In this document: one piece after another, positions 29,012 to 38,821 of the stretch
Layout: every line of letters begins with the position of its first letter
Numbering within the stretch: the first letter of the stretch is position 1
Assembly: GCA_044225175.1 (NCBI GenBank)
Contig: JBGAJA010000002.1
Location: 280,991-344,990, forward strand
Origin: Candidatus Omnitrophota bacterium
GTDB taxonomy: Bacteria; Omnitrophota; Gorgyraeia; Zapsychrales; Fredricksoniimonadaceae
Length of the DNA: 64,000 bases
Reading direction: 5' to 3'
Program-made: the position numbers and the translations under genes
Notes under the pieces: model-generated
The model's database searches: none
Seen by the model: the letters and a program-made list of their open reading frames with translations, nothing else
What the model was told of the DNA's origin: nothing

Positions 29012-30811
29012 TTACGTCCTCAAGAATTGTTTATCCAAGAAGCTTTCTTTGATTTCAACAACTGTAGGACGTCCGTGGGGGCAGGTGAAGGGGTCGTGGC
29101 AAGCTAAGAGTTGCTTGCGTTGATAGTCAGCTTGGGAAATGTCCATTTTGTCACCAGTGACGATCGAGGCTTTGCAGGCACGTCGGGCGATTGTGGTGCG
29201 ATCACAGCGGGCAACAGAGTCACCTGATAAAAGCATTCGAACGGAATTTTCAATATTCTTAAGAAGCACGGGTTGTGTTTGAATGGCCAGAGTATCTTCA
29301 TCAAATAGTGACGTTTCAATCCCTACATCTTTCAAATTTTCCTGTGAATTTTCCCATGCGATTTTTTCTGAAGCATTCATTTTAAGCAAAACAGGCGTCA
29401 ACAAAGGCTGAACTTCGATCTTGCCTTGCTTAATTTGATTGTCAAACTTCTCAAACATAATTCTTTCTTGAGCAGCATGTTGATCCACCAAAAACAAGGA
29501 TTGTTCAGATTCGAATAAAAGATATTTACTGATAAAGCTCCCAATAAACCTGGCTTTAGTAAATTTGCTTCGCAGATTATCTTCCGATTTAAAAAAATCT
29601 TCGGAGGCTGTCTTCCAATGACTTGTTTCAAAGCTGCGGCCAATAGCGGACTTTAAAAAACCAGGATTCTGAGAGATCGCAGGAGACGAAGTAGAGAATA
29701 AGGACGCAGGCTCGTCCTTTAAGAAATTGGATTGAGCTTTGTTGATAAAGGTTGCACCCGTTTCCTGGGGACCGATTCCTTCAATGGACTTGGCTTGTCC
29801 TTGCTGCAAAAGCGTATATTCCGTCATATGACGAACAAATGAAATCAAACGACTTTCCTGACGAAGTCGGACTTCACGTTTAGTGGGATGAATATTAGCG
29901 TCCACCTCAGAGGGATCAATTTGAATGTCTAATACAAAAGCAGGATAAACTCCCGGAGGCAAAATCAATCGATAGACATCATTCATATTAAAGCTTAAGT
30001 TTTTGTTTTCCACAGGACGGTTATTCACAAAGATGAATTGCAGATCACGACGGGGACGCTGAACATTGATGCTGCTGACAAGCATGCGTACTGTGGCATT
30101 AAGTTCTGCAAATTCCTGGCTGGCTTCAAATAAATCCTTGTTTGCTAAGTTTAAAGCATGTGACATGCGATCAATGGCAGAAGTGCTGGGGGTCAAATCA
30201 ATGAGGATCTTTCCCGCATGGCTTAACAAAAAACGCTTGGCAGGATAAAGAAGCGTATAAGGCAGAAAAACATTAATGATTTGCTGCATTTCAGAGGCAT
30301 TGTTCTTAAGAAATTTTCGACGAGCTGGCGTATTAAAGAATAATTGGGTGATTTTGATCTCTGTGCCTTGAGAGGACAGGGCTGCGGGTTTTAATTCCAA
30401 GCGTTTGCTTGCCTGCAAATGGATTTCCCAACCATCTTTCCAGCCAGAGGCTGGTCCGCCTTTGGCGGATGTTTTACTTCGAAGAATAATGTCTGAAACA
30501 GCAGCTAATGAATATAAAGCTTCCCCACGAAAGCCCATGGAAGAAAGCTTCTGTAGATCTTCAATGGATTGCAGCTTGCTTGTTGCATGACGCTGAAAGA
30601 TCTGGTCCATGTCGCCTTTGGCAATGCCGCAGCCATCGTCTTTGATGTGAATAAGTTCCTTGCCAGCATCTTTGAGATGGACTTCAATCGAATTTGCCCC
30701 TGCATCGATAGAGTTTTCAACCAATTCTTTGACGACAGACGCAGGACGTTCCACTACCTCACCGGCAGCGATTTTGGCAATGACATCAGAAGAAAGAATT
30801 TTTACAGGCAT
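29012..30811 (-). CDS. mutL: DNA mismatch repair endonuclease MutL
   Basis: IAAGEVVERPASVVKELVENSIDAGA, GFRGEAL, DQHAAQERIMFE, CPHGRP. Confidence 0.97.
   Translation of the reverse strand: MPVKILSSDVIAKIAAGEVVERPASVVKELVENSIDAGANSIEVHLKDAGKELIHIKDDGCGIAKGDMDQIFQRHATSKLQSIEDLQKLSSMGFRGEALYSLAAVSDIILRSKTSAKGGPASGWKDGWEIHLQASKRLELKPAALSSQGTEIKITQLFFNTPARRKFLKNNASEMQQIINVFLPYTLLYPAKRFLLSHAGKILIDLTPSTSAIDRMSHALNLANKDLFEASQEFAELNATVRMLVSSINVQRPRRDLQFIFVNNRPVENKNLSFNMNDVYRLILPPGVYPAFVLDIQIDPSEVDANIHPTKREVRLRQESRLISFVRHMTEYTLLQQGQAKSIEGIGPQETGATFINKAQSNFLKDEPASLFSTSSPAISQNPGFLKSAIGRSFETSHWKTASEDFFKSEDNLRSKFTKARFIGSFISKYLLFESEQSLFLVDQHAAQERIMFEKFDNQIKQGKIEVQPLLTPVLLKMNASEKIAWENSQENLKDVGIETSLFDEDTLAIQTQPVLLKNIENSVRMLLSGDSVARCDRTTIARRACKASIVTGDKMDISQADYQRKQLLACHDPFTCPHGRPTVVEIKESFLDKQFLRT
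30440..30469. repeat. Tandem 15-bp hairpins in frame within mutL
   Basis: CCAGCC-AGA-GGCTGG followed by TCCGCC-TTT-GGCGGA; encodes SAKGGPASGW. Confidence 0.7.
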
Positions 30812-30813
30812 AA

Positions 30814-33330
30814 TCAGGTCAATTTTCTTTTAATTTCATCCAATTTCTTCAAGGCATCTAATGGTGTCATGTTATCGATATCAACCGATTCTAACGATGA
30901 ACGCAATTCTTCAACTAAAGGGTCTGATGTGGGTGCAAATAAATCAATTTGTTTCTCATGACGTTTAATGGGTGTTGTTGAACCTAACTCTAATTCGCAA
31001 AGAATTTCTTTGGAACGTTTAATGACATTCTGAGGGATACCTGCTAATTGGGCAACATAGATTCCGTAGGAATCATCACAGCCGCCTTCCACAATTTTGT
31101 GCATGAAGATGATTTGGTCTTTCCATTCCTTAATAGCTACGTTGTAGTTCTTGACTCCAGAGAATTTATCCGCCAAGGCAATCAGTTCATGGAAATGGGT
31201 GGCAAAGAGTGTACGCACTTTTTGCTGTTCTAGATGCTCTGCCAAAGCCCACGCTAAAGATAATCCGTCGCTAGTTGAGGTGCCGCGGCCAATTTCATCT
31301 AAGATAACCAGCGATCGTGGTGTTAGGTTATTGAGAATATCAGCAGCTTCTGTCATCTCAACCATAAATGTGCTTTGATTTTTGGAAATATCGTCATGAG
31401 CGCCAATGCGAGTGAAAATCTTGTCCACTAATCCTATGGAAGCAGAACCCGCGGGAATAGGCGCGCCCATTTGGGCCATTAAAACAAGAATAGCCGTTTG
31501 GCGAATGTACGTGCTTTTGCCTGCCATATTAGGGCCTGTCAAAATGATTAATTGATTGTCTTTTGTATCTAGAAAGGTATCGTTGGCAATAAAGTTTTCC
31601 GTCACTGTATGTTCAACCACAGGATGACGACCGTCTTTAATATCGATTGTCATGGAATCATTGAGGCTAGGGAAGATATATCCACGGCTTTTACTTAAAG
31701 AGGATAAAGACAGGATGCAATCTAAGAAAGCAATCTGAGTCGAATAGTTATGGAGATGGGGAACTTCATCCAAAATAGCTTTCTCAACCGACTGCAGAAT
31801 CTTTTTTTCGATGGAAAGGATTCTATCTTGTGCTGTTAAGAATTTCTCTTCATAGTCTTTGAGTTCTTGGGTAATGTAACGCTCACCATTGGCCAAAGTC
31901 TGTTTTCGGATGTAATGGGAGGGGGCTGATTTTTGATGGGTTTTGGAAATTTCAATGTAGTAGCCAAAGACATTATTAAAGCCTACCTTCAAAGAATTAA
32001 TTCCACTTTTCTTGATTTCTTCTGCTTGATAATTGGCAAGCCACTGACGTGCATTGTCCTGCAATCCGCGAAGATCATCTAATTCTTTGTCTATTCCTAG
32101 TTGAATGATTTTTCCTTCAGGTTTTGCTAAAGGAACATCAGGGTTAATGGTTTGAGTAAGAAGTTCACGCAGTTTCTCTAAATCACTAACAACTAATAAA
32201 GGATGACTAATTGTGGAGAGGGTTTCGGCAATCAAAGGTCCTCTCAAAAGACCGTTTCGCAGGGCCAGAATATCTTTAATGCTGCAGCAGCCGCAACTGA
32301 TTCTTGAAAGCGCCTTTTCTAGATCAGGCATATTCTGTAAGCATTCAATTAATCGTGTTTCTGTTTTTGAGTTTTCAGATAAATGTTTAACAGCTAATTG
32401 TCTCTCTTGAATGGCTTGAGCATTTTTTAAAGAATGAAACATCCAAAATCGAAAAAGTCTATGTCCCATGGGGGTATGAGTGTGGTCAAGCGTCTTAAGC
32501 AATTCCTCAAGTTCAAGTCCATAGTGGGCGGCGGGTGAAATGAACATAAAATCATTTGCTGTATAGAGAGACAGACGATGAATATGTTTGAGAGATGTTT
32601 TATTCGCTAAGCGTAAGTATTCGAGCAAAGCCCCAGAAGCACTGATCGCTAGCGGCTTCTGGTCTAACCCAAAACCATTTAAGTTAAGGACCCCAAAGTG
32701 GGAGCAAAGATTTTTATTAGAAACGTCCCAATGGAAATGCCAATCATCCATAGGGCTTAAAGAAATATTTTTGATTTTTAAAAGGGGATGGGCAAATAAA
32801 GCACGAATTTGTTCTTCCTGGGAAGATGGATAAATGCATTCGTAAACGGCCAGCTTAGAAATAATTTCAAGGGCACTTTTTAAAGAGCATTCATTGGACT
32901 GCAAGATACCCCCTGTATTGTCACAGAAGCAAAATCCTAGGCGATCTTTAGATATATAAAGAGAAAGAAGGGAGCGGGCCTGTGTTTCTTCATCGAGGAA
33001 TGTCCCGGCGCTAATGACCCGGATCACATCTCGCTTGACCAATCCCTTTGCAAGGGCAGGATCTTCGACCTGTTCACAGATGGCCACTTTTCGTCCAGCC
33101 TTAATCAATTTAGCAATATAGTTTTCCGATGAATGATAGGGCACCCCACACATAGGAATTTTGCCACTGTCTTGGCCGCGGGAGGTCAGTACTAGATCTA
33201 ATAGAGAAGAGGCATCTTTAGCATCATCAAAAAACATTTCATAGAAATCCCCTAAGCGGAAAAATACAATCGAGTCTTTATGGCGGGATTTGATTTCGTG
33301 ATACTGCTTAATCATGGGAGTTGTTTCCAT
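30814..33330 (-). CDS. mutS: DNA mismatch repair protein MutS
   Basis: TPMIKQY, FFRLGDFYEMF, TGPNMAGKSTYIRQ, STFMVEM, DEIGRGTST, FATHFHEL. Confidence 0.97.
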   Translation of the reverse strand: METTPMIKQYHEIKSRHKDSIVFFRLGDFYEMFFDDAKDASSLLDLVLTSRGQDSGKIPMCGVPYHSSENYIAKLIKAGRKVAICEQVEDPALAKGLVKRDVIRVISAGTFLDEETQARSLLSLYISKDRLGFCFCDNTGGILQSNECSLKSALEIISKLAVYECIYPSSQEEQIRALFAHPLLKIKNISLSPMDDWHFHWDVSNKNLCSHFGVLNLNGFGLDQKPLAISASGALLEYLRLANKTSLKHIHRLSLYTANDFMFISPAAHYGLELEELLKTLDHTHTPMGHRLFRFWMFHSLKNAQAIQERQLAVKHLSENSKTETRLIECLQNMPDLEKALSRISCGCCSIKDILALRNGLLRGPLIAETLSTISHPLLVVSDLEKLRELLTQTINPDVPLAKPEGKIIQLGIDKELDDLRGLQDNARQWLANYQAEEIKKSGINSLKVGFNNVFGYYIEISKTHQKSAPSHYIRKQTLANGERYITQELKDYEEKFLTAQDRILSIEKKILQSVEKAILDEVPHLHNYSTQIAFLDCILSLSSLSKSRGYIFPSLNDSMTIDIKDGRHPVVEHTVTENFIANDTFLDTKDNQLIILTGPNMAGKSTYIRQTAILVLMAQMGAPIPAGSASIGLVDKIFTRIGAHDDISKNQSTFMVEMTEAADILNNLTPRSLVILDEIGRGTSTSDGLSLAWALAEHLEQQKVRTLFATHFHELIALADKFSGVKNYNVAIKEWKDQIIFMHKIVEGGCDDSYGIYVAQLAGIPQNVIKRSKEILCELELGSTTPIKRHEKQIDLFAPTSDPLVEELRSSLESVDIDNMTPLDALKKLDEIKRKLT

Positions 33331-33387
33331 AGGGCAATTTTATAGCACACATTTGAATAATGGTAAATAGGCAAAAATTTGGTCAGC

Positions 33388-33416
33388 TTGACGACGAGCA
33401 TATAGGGTGTTATACT
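33388..33416 (+). promoter_or_regulatory. Sigma70-type promoter for the 33497/33981 genes
   Basis: TTGACG-17 nt-TATACT with a TG extended -10. Confidence 0.65.
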
Positions 33417-33496
33417 TCGATATCTTAGTCGCTATTGCAGTAAAAAAGGACAAAGATTTTTTGATGTAAACCATTTGATACCAAGGATTTTAGTTC

Positions 33497-33955
33497 ATGA
33501 AGAAAACCCTCCTTATCCTGGCCTTTTTAACCACTATTTTTTCTATGAATGTTTATGCACAATCCAATGTGTCCATGCGCACAATAGCGGCAGATCAGCT
33601 TTATCAATATGGCCAAGCTATTTACGATCGTGGAAACTATAGCGAAGCTGCAGTCATTGTCTCAAGAGTGCTTAAGTTGGCGCCACAGCATGAAGGAGCA
33701 AGGCAAATAGCTGAAAAACTCAATAAAAAAGGTGCACGTATTACTATTCCGCCCGCACCCGTGCAACCTGAGGTGAAAGCAGTGGTTCCTCAAGTTAAGA
33801 AAACAATTACAAATCCACCACCACAACAATCTATGACCAATCAAGATTTGCATCAAGATATTCAATCTGCTAACCAAGCCATTGATACGCTTAAAAGCGA
33901 GGTGGCTGACCTAAGAAGTCAATTATCCCAAGGACAAGACGCTACTCTAAAATAA
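33497..33955 (+). CDS. Secreted TPR-like/coiled-coil hypothetical protein
   Basis: Signal peptide ending VYA-Q, one TPR-like hairpin (LYQYGQAIYDRGNYSEAA..VLKLAPQH), C-terminal heptads. Confidence 0.75.
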   Translation: MKKTLLILAFLTTIFSMNVYAQSNVSMRTIAADQLYQYGQAIYDRGNYSEAAVIVSRVLKLAPQHEGARQIAEKLNKKGARITIPPAPVQPEVKAVVPQVKKTITNPPPQQSMTNQDLHQDIQSANQAIDTLKSEVADLRSQLSQGQDATLK

Positions 33956-33980
33956 CATTTCAAATGAAGGATTTAATCTC

Positions 33981-36900
33981 ATGAAGAAAACTTTTCATAT
34001 TTGTCTCTCAACCCTGTTTCTTTTAAGCACCATTCCAAGCCAAATATGGGCTGCCCCCGTCATAGATGCGCCGCCTATTTATGTCAGAGTAGTTGACTTA
34101 AACAATCAGGTGACAGAGCTCAAGCGCGATGTTCTTAATCAAGAACGGGTGAATCGTGATGAAGAGATTGCAGCTAGAGAATTGGCCCAAGAAAATGCAT
34201 TGTTGATTCGAAAAATTGAAGAGTCTCAGAAAAATGCCCTACATAATGCCCCAACCAGCGACTTATTTACAACCATTGACACCATGAAGCAGTTAAAAGA
34301 GGTCATGGAAGATTATGGCCGTAAGTTGGATAATCGCAATCAAACGATGATTGCCCGCAATGAAGAGATTTCTTCCCTACGTGCCAGGATCGATAAACTC
34401 GAACATCTTTTCGATGAAGTCATCAAGCTTTATAACAATACGCAAGCAATGAAAAATCCTCCCCTTGCGCAGGAAATTCCAGCAAATTCCTTGGTGGCCA
34501 GCTTAGAAGAACAAAAAGAAGAGTTGTTATCAAAAAACAAATTCCTCTCCGAGAAATATAAACAATTGATGGAGTATAAACAGGAATTGGCCAATACCAA
34601 AGATCAGCTACGTAAGCTGCAGGCAGAGAAAATACAACCACCTTTAGCTGTTGTGGTTCAAAAAGAACCTGGCGTAAACAATAATGAAGAAATACAAGAC
34701 TATAAACAGCAATTAGCGGATGCAAAAGACCAGATTAATAAACTTCAGAGAGAAAAAACACAATCACCCTTAGCGGTTGCTGTAGTTGAAAAAGAAGCCA
34801 AAGCAAATAATAAGCAAGAAACGCTTATGTATAAACAGCAATTAGCAGATGCTAAAGACCAAGTTACTCAATTGCAGTCAGAGCACAAAGATCTTTTAGA
34901 AAGTGTAGATCAATTAAAGTCTCAAATTAAGAAAATCAGAGATATGCAGTCTTCTCTTGAGGAGAAAGACCAGCGATTAGGTCAAATGAATGAGATGATG
35001 TTTCAAAAAGACCGACAAATTGCAGAGCTTAAGAATGATTTGTCCCAAGCCAATGAGAATTTGAATAAAGCCAAAGCAGAAATTGCCCTAAAAGACAATA
35101 CAATCAAGGGCCAGCAAGCAGCCTTAAGTAAACAACAGCAAACTCTAGCAAATCTCCAGCAGGAAGTTTTAGATGTTAGAGCAAATATTAAGAAAGTTCA
35201 GTCTAATTATAGTGAGGATCAAGGCGGTTTTGAACGCATTCGTCAAAACATTGTAGCTTTGAAGTCTAAGTTAAATGAAGCTCAAGGCCGTGCTGCATTG
35301 GCTAGTACCCAAGAAGTTGAAATGATTAAACTGAAAGGTGATATTGCAGCTTTGACATACCAGCTTCAAAATGCCCAAGAAGATTTAGTTGAATATAAAA
35401 ACACAGTGGCCCAACAAAAGAAGATCGTTGCTGAACAAAAGACTCTCATTGATCAGCAAAAAGCTGCTATTGAAGAACATAAAGCCATCATTGAGCAAGA
35501 ACGAGTGATCATTGAGAAAGAAAAACAAACGATCCATGAACATAAAAATGCTATTGATTTGCTTAACAGTCAATCTCTCCAGAAGGAACAAGGATTAAAA
35601 GATAAGGATGTGAAAATTGAAGGGTTGAATTTGCTGGTGCGTTCACAAGATCAAGATTTGAAGAATAAAGAGCTCCAGATGGCTCAAATTGAGCAACAGA
35701 AAGTTCAAGAGATTTCCACATATAAGAACATGGTAGGAAATCTGAAAGAAAATCTGCAATCTTTGATACAGCAAATCAACGCATTAAAAGATGATGTGGC
35801 TAATTCTTTTAATATTCAAGCTCAGATGAAAGAACGCGTGGGGCTGCAGGATATTTTGCTTTCTAAATATCGAGTTTTAGAAGATTTAGCCTCACAAAAA
35901 TGTGAACTGCTCATGCAGCTAGCTATCAAATTTAAGGACCGAAGAGAATATTACAAAGATCAGCTTAAGAAAACAGTAGTGTACTGGCAGGATTTGAATT
36001 CACAAAGCGAAGGGCAAATGGAAGGCTTAAAAAAAGAAATCTCTTCCAAGCAAGAACAGTTAGATGAAATCCAGAAACAATTTGAAGCCAATAAGGCTAA
36101 GAGCGCTCAATTAGAGGGCATGTTAGATGTGTATCAAAAGAAAATTGATGAGGGTGATGTTCAGGCCAAAGAGAAGACCAAACAAATCGATCAACTTCAA
36201 GGAGATTTACAAACCGCTTTAGATGCCGTTGATCAACGACAAAAAGACATTGTAAAGGTCAGAGACTATTTTTATGAACTCGAGAAGAAATCTTCAGAGA
36301 AAAGCAAGGAATTGCGAGAGAAGAATCAGGAACTTGCTTTACTTAATGCAAGTTTAGAAGGCAAAAAAGAAAGCATCTCCCAATTAAATGCTAGACTTGC
36401 CTCCATTGAAGCAAAATTAAAAACGTCAATTGATTCAAGTGCTTTGGATCAACACAAAGAACAGATGACGGCCTTGCAGGAGAAATTGACTGTTGCTGAA
36501 GAAAAACTCAAGACAACTGTCGATCAAGCAGAATTGAATCAAACTAAAGAATTCCTTAAATCATCTACAGATGAAATGACGGAACTCAAGAATTCTTTAA
36601 AAGATAAAGAAATGCAAATTGAACAAATCAAGAAAGATAATGTAGATAATGTTTCGCTTCAAAAAAGTTTATCGGAAGCTAAAGAGAAAATAACCAAACT
36701 AATGGAGGATTCTTACTACAAAGATAAGCAAATCCAGCGTCTGAACATGCTCGTTTCGCAAAAAGACAAAACGAAGAACAAGGATGCAAAGATTAAGGAA
36801 TTGACCAAACAAATCGATGAGCGTAATCAACAAATTAGTTCACTCAAACAGCAGATAGAAAATTTGCAAAAGCCAACACCCATGACCAAAGAGGACAGAG

Positions 36901-37079
36901 ACATAGGTGTTTTAAAGAAGCAGCTAGAACTCGCTCAAAAAGAAACTGCACAAGCCAGAGCAACGGCCAGAGATAAAAATAAACAAGCTAAAGAATTAAA
37001 TGACCAAATCGTCATTCTCCACAAACAAATCCAAGAGCTTCAAAAGAACATCGATTCCTTACGAAATATTTCAAAATAA
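33981..37079 (+). CDS. Secreted long coiled-coil protein (1032 aa)
   Basis: Signal peptide (..SQIWA-A) followed by K/E/Q/L-rich heptads throughout. No Walker motifs. Confidence 0.85.
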   Translation: MKKTFHICLSTLFLLSTIPSQIWAAPVIDAPPIYVRVVDLNNQVTELKRDVLNQERVNRDEEIAARELAQENALLIRKIEESQKNALHNAPTSDLFTTIDTMKQLKEVMEDYGRKLDNRNQTMIARNEEISSLRARIDKLEHLFDEVIKLYNNTQAMKNPPLAQEIPANSLVASLEEQKEELLSKNKFLSEKYKQLMEYKQELANTKDQLRKLQAEKIQPPLAVVVQKEPGVNNNEEIQDYKQQLADAKDQINKLQREKTQSPLAVAVVEKEAKANNKQETLMYKQQLADAKDQVTQLQSEHKDLLESVDQLKSQIKKIRDMQSSLEEKDQRLGQMNEMMFQKDRQIAELKNDLSQANENLNKAKAEIALKDNTIKGQQAALSKQQQTLANLQQEVLDVRANIKKVQSNYSEDQGGFERIRQNIVALKSKLNEAQGRAALASTQEVEMIKLKGDIAALTYQLQNAQEDLVEYKNTVAQQKKIVAEQKTLIDQQKAAIEEHKAIIEQERVIIEKEKQTIHEHKNAIDLLNSQSLQKEQGLKDKDVKIEGLNLLVRSQDQDLKNKELQMAQIEQQKVQEISTYKNMVGNLKENLQSLIQQINALKDDVANSFNIQAQMKERVGLQDILLSKYRVLEDLASQKCELLMQLAIKFKDRREYYKDQLKKTVVYWQDLNSQSEGQMEGLKKEISSKQEQLDEIQKQFEANKAKSAQLEGMLDVYQKKIDEGDVQAKEKTKQIDQLQGDLQTALDAVDQRQKDIVKVRDYFYELEKKSSEKSKELREKNQELALLNASLEGKKESISQLNARLASIEAKLKTSIDSSALDQHKEQMTALQEKLTVAEEKLKTTVDQAELNQTKEFLKSSTDEMTELKNSLKDKEMQIEQIKKDNVDNVSLQKSLSEAKEKITKLMEDSYYKDKQIQRLNMLVSQKDKTKNKDAKIKELTKQIDERNQQISSLKQQIENLQKPTPMTKEDRDIGVLKKQLELAQKETAQARATARDKNKQAKELNDQIVILHKQIQELQKNIDSLRNISK

Positions 37080-37082
37080 TAT

Positions 37083-37110
37083 GTAGGGAGCAGGCTTGCC
37101 TGTTCCCTAC
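37083..37110. repeat. GTAG-type palindrome between convergent genes; likely bidirectional terminator
   Basis: GTAGGGAGCAGGC-TT-GCCTGTTCCCTAC, a 13-bp stem with one G:T pair. Confidence 0.75.
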
Positions 37111-37120
37111 TTTACCTATT

Positions 37121-38659
37121 TTATTGGGTAATCCTGTCTAATGCTCTATAACCAATGGCTTCGGCAATATGGTGAGATAGGATGTTGTCACAGTCTCCTA
37201 AATCGGCGATTGTTCGCGCCACTTTAAGAATTTTATCGTGGGCACGAGCAGAGAGACCTAATGTATCAATGGCTTTTTTAAGTAGTTCTTTTGATTGTTC
37301 ATCCAATATGCAGAATTTTTTTAGGTCTTCTGTCGTCATATGGGCATTGGTATGGACAGATGGATTAGAGAAGCGTTGGGACTGAATAGATCTGGCCTTG
37401 ACCGTACGTTTTTTTATTTCATTAGACGTAGAAACGCAAGATTTTGCGTCTCTATCTAATATTTCATGTGTCTTCAATGCCGGAACCTGCAAATGCAAAT
37501 CAATACGATCCAGCATAGGTCCTGAAATCTTGGTGAAATATTTCTGGATTTCTATGGAGGAACATTGACAAGGTTTTACGTGACTTAAAAGCCAGCCACA
37601 CGGGCATGGATTCATCGCTGCAATCAACATGAAGCCCGCTGGAAAACGAAGGGATTTGCTGGCACGTGCGACGGTGACATGAAGGTCTTCCATGGGTTGA
37701 CGAAGAACCTCCAGGACATGCCTGGAAAATTCACCAAGCTCATCTAAGAACAACACACCATTATGAGCAAGAGTAACTTCACCTGGCCTTGGATTTGATC
37801 CGCCGCCGATTAAGGCAATGTCGGAGGCTGTATGATGAGGACAGCGAAAAGGTCTAGAGGTCACAATACCCTGTTGGTTTTTGATAAGACCCATGACGGA
37901 GTAAATCTTGGTTGTTTCTAAGGCTTCTTCTAATGTCATATCTGGAAGGATAGATGGCAGGCGTTTAGCAAGCATGGTTTTGCCGCTTCCTGGAGGGCCA
38001 ATCATTAAACAGTTGTGACCCCCCGCAGCAGCAATTTCAAGCCCCCGCTTGACGTGATTTTGACCTTTTACGTCAGAGAAATCGATGGAATAGATCTGTT
38101 CATTGGCTAAAGGAGTAATTCCCTCAGAAACTATCTGTGAAAGGCTATCTGGAGCGCTTAAGAAATGAATGACCTCTTTTAAGTGAGAAGCGGGATAAAT
38201 TTTGACAGTATTAGCCAGGGCTGCTTCCTTGGCGTTTTGGGTTGGCACGATTAATCCTTTATAAAGCTTAGGATCACAGGCCAGCGCTATAGGCAGGGCG
38301 CCATTAATAGGCCGAATCCGGCCATCCAGGGCCAGTTCACCTAAAAAGGCATATCCATTGAGACTTTCAGCTGGAATTTGTTCTGAGCTAGCCAGAATGC
38401 TCAAAGCAATGGCCACATCAAAAGATGGTCCAGCTTTTTTGATATCAGCAGGTGCCAGATTGACTGTCAGTCTCCCATTGGGGAATGTCAAACCGCTGTT
38501 TTTGATAGCCAAACGCACACGTTCACGGCTTTCTTTAAGGGCATTGTCCGGCAAGCCTACAATGGTCATTAAAGGCAGGCCGCTTGTAATATCTGATTCG
38601 ATGGTGACACAAAACGCCTCAAGTCCACTTAAGGAAAAACTACTAGTTTTGGCAAGCAT
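37121..38659 (-). CDS. comM: YifB/ComM family Mg-chelatase-like AAA+ ATPase
   Basis: IVGLPD..KESRERVR, NLAPAD, GPPGSGKTMLA, PFRCPHH, GEVTLAHNGVLFLDE, AMNPCPCG, SGPMLDRID. Confidence 0.92.
   Translation of the reverse strand: MLAKTSSFSLSGLEAFCVTIESDITSGLPLMTIVGLPDNALKESRERVRLAIKNSGLTFPNGRLTVNLAPADIKKAGPSFDVAIALSILASSEQIPAESLNGYAFLGELALDGRIRPINGALPIALACDPKLYKGLIVPTQNAKEAALANTVKIYPASHLKEVIHFLSAPDSLSQIVSEGITPLANEQIYSIDFSDVKGQNHVKRGLEIAAAGGHNCLMIGPPGSGKTMLAKRLPSILPDMTLEEALETTKIYSVMGLIKNQQGIVTSRPFRCPHHTASDIALIGGGSNPRPGEVTLAHNGVLFLDELGEFSRHVLEVLRQPMEDLHVTVARASKSLRFPAGFMLIAAMNPCPCGWLLSHVKPCQCSSIEIQKYFTKISGPMLDRIDLHLQVPALKTHEILDRDAKSCVSTSNEIKKRTVKARSIQSQRFSNPSVHTNAHMTTEDLKKFCILDEQSKELLKKAIDTLGLSARAHDKILKVARTIADLGDCDNILSHHIAEAIGYRALDRITQ
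37428..37455. repeat. GTAG-type palindrome in frame within comM
   Basis: GTAGAAACGCAAGATTTTGCGTCTCTAT; encodes RDAKSCVST on the minus strand. Confidence 0.7.
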
Positions 38660-38742
38660 GATGGATGTTCCTAATTGGGGAAGTTAAATGATAGGTATCA
38701 ATTTACAGCAATTTTGACGCTGGGGAAGCATCAAAGCAACGC

Positions 38743-38770
38743 TTGCTTTTTGAGGAAGCAAAGTTATAAT
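38743..38770 (+). promoter_or_regulatory. Sigma70-type promoter for the 38822-42662 gene run
   Basis: TTGCTT-16 nt-TATAAT. Confidence 0.5.
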
Positions 38771-38821
38771 ACAGGCTAACAAATTCGAGTTTTTTCGTCA
38801 ATAATTAATTAATAAGGCTGC

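Noticed and set aside
33981-37079. SMC or chromosome segregation protein call
   Set aside because: It has a signal peptide and no Walker A/B or hinge; the similarity is only coiled-coil composition.
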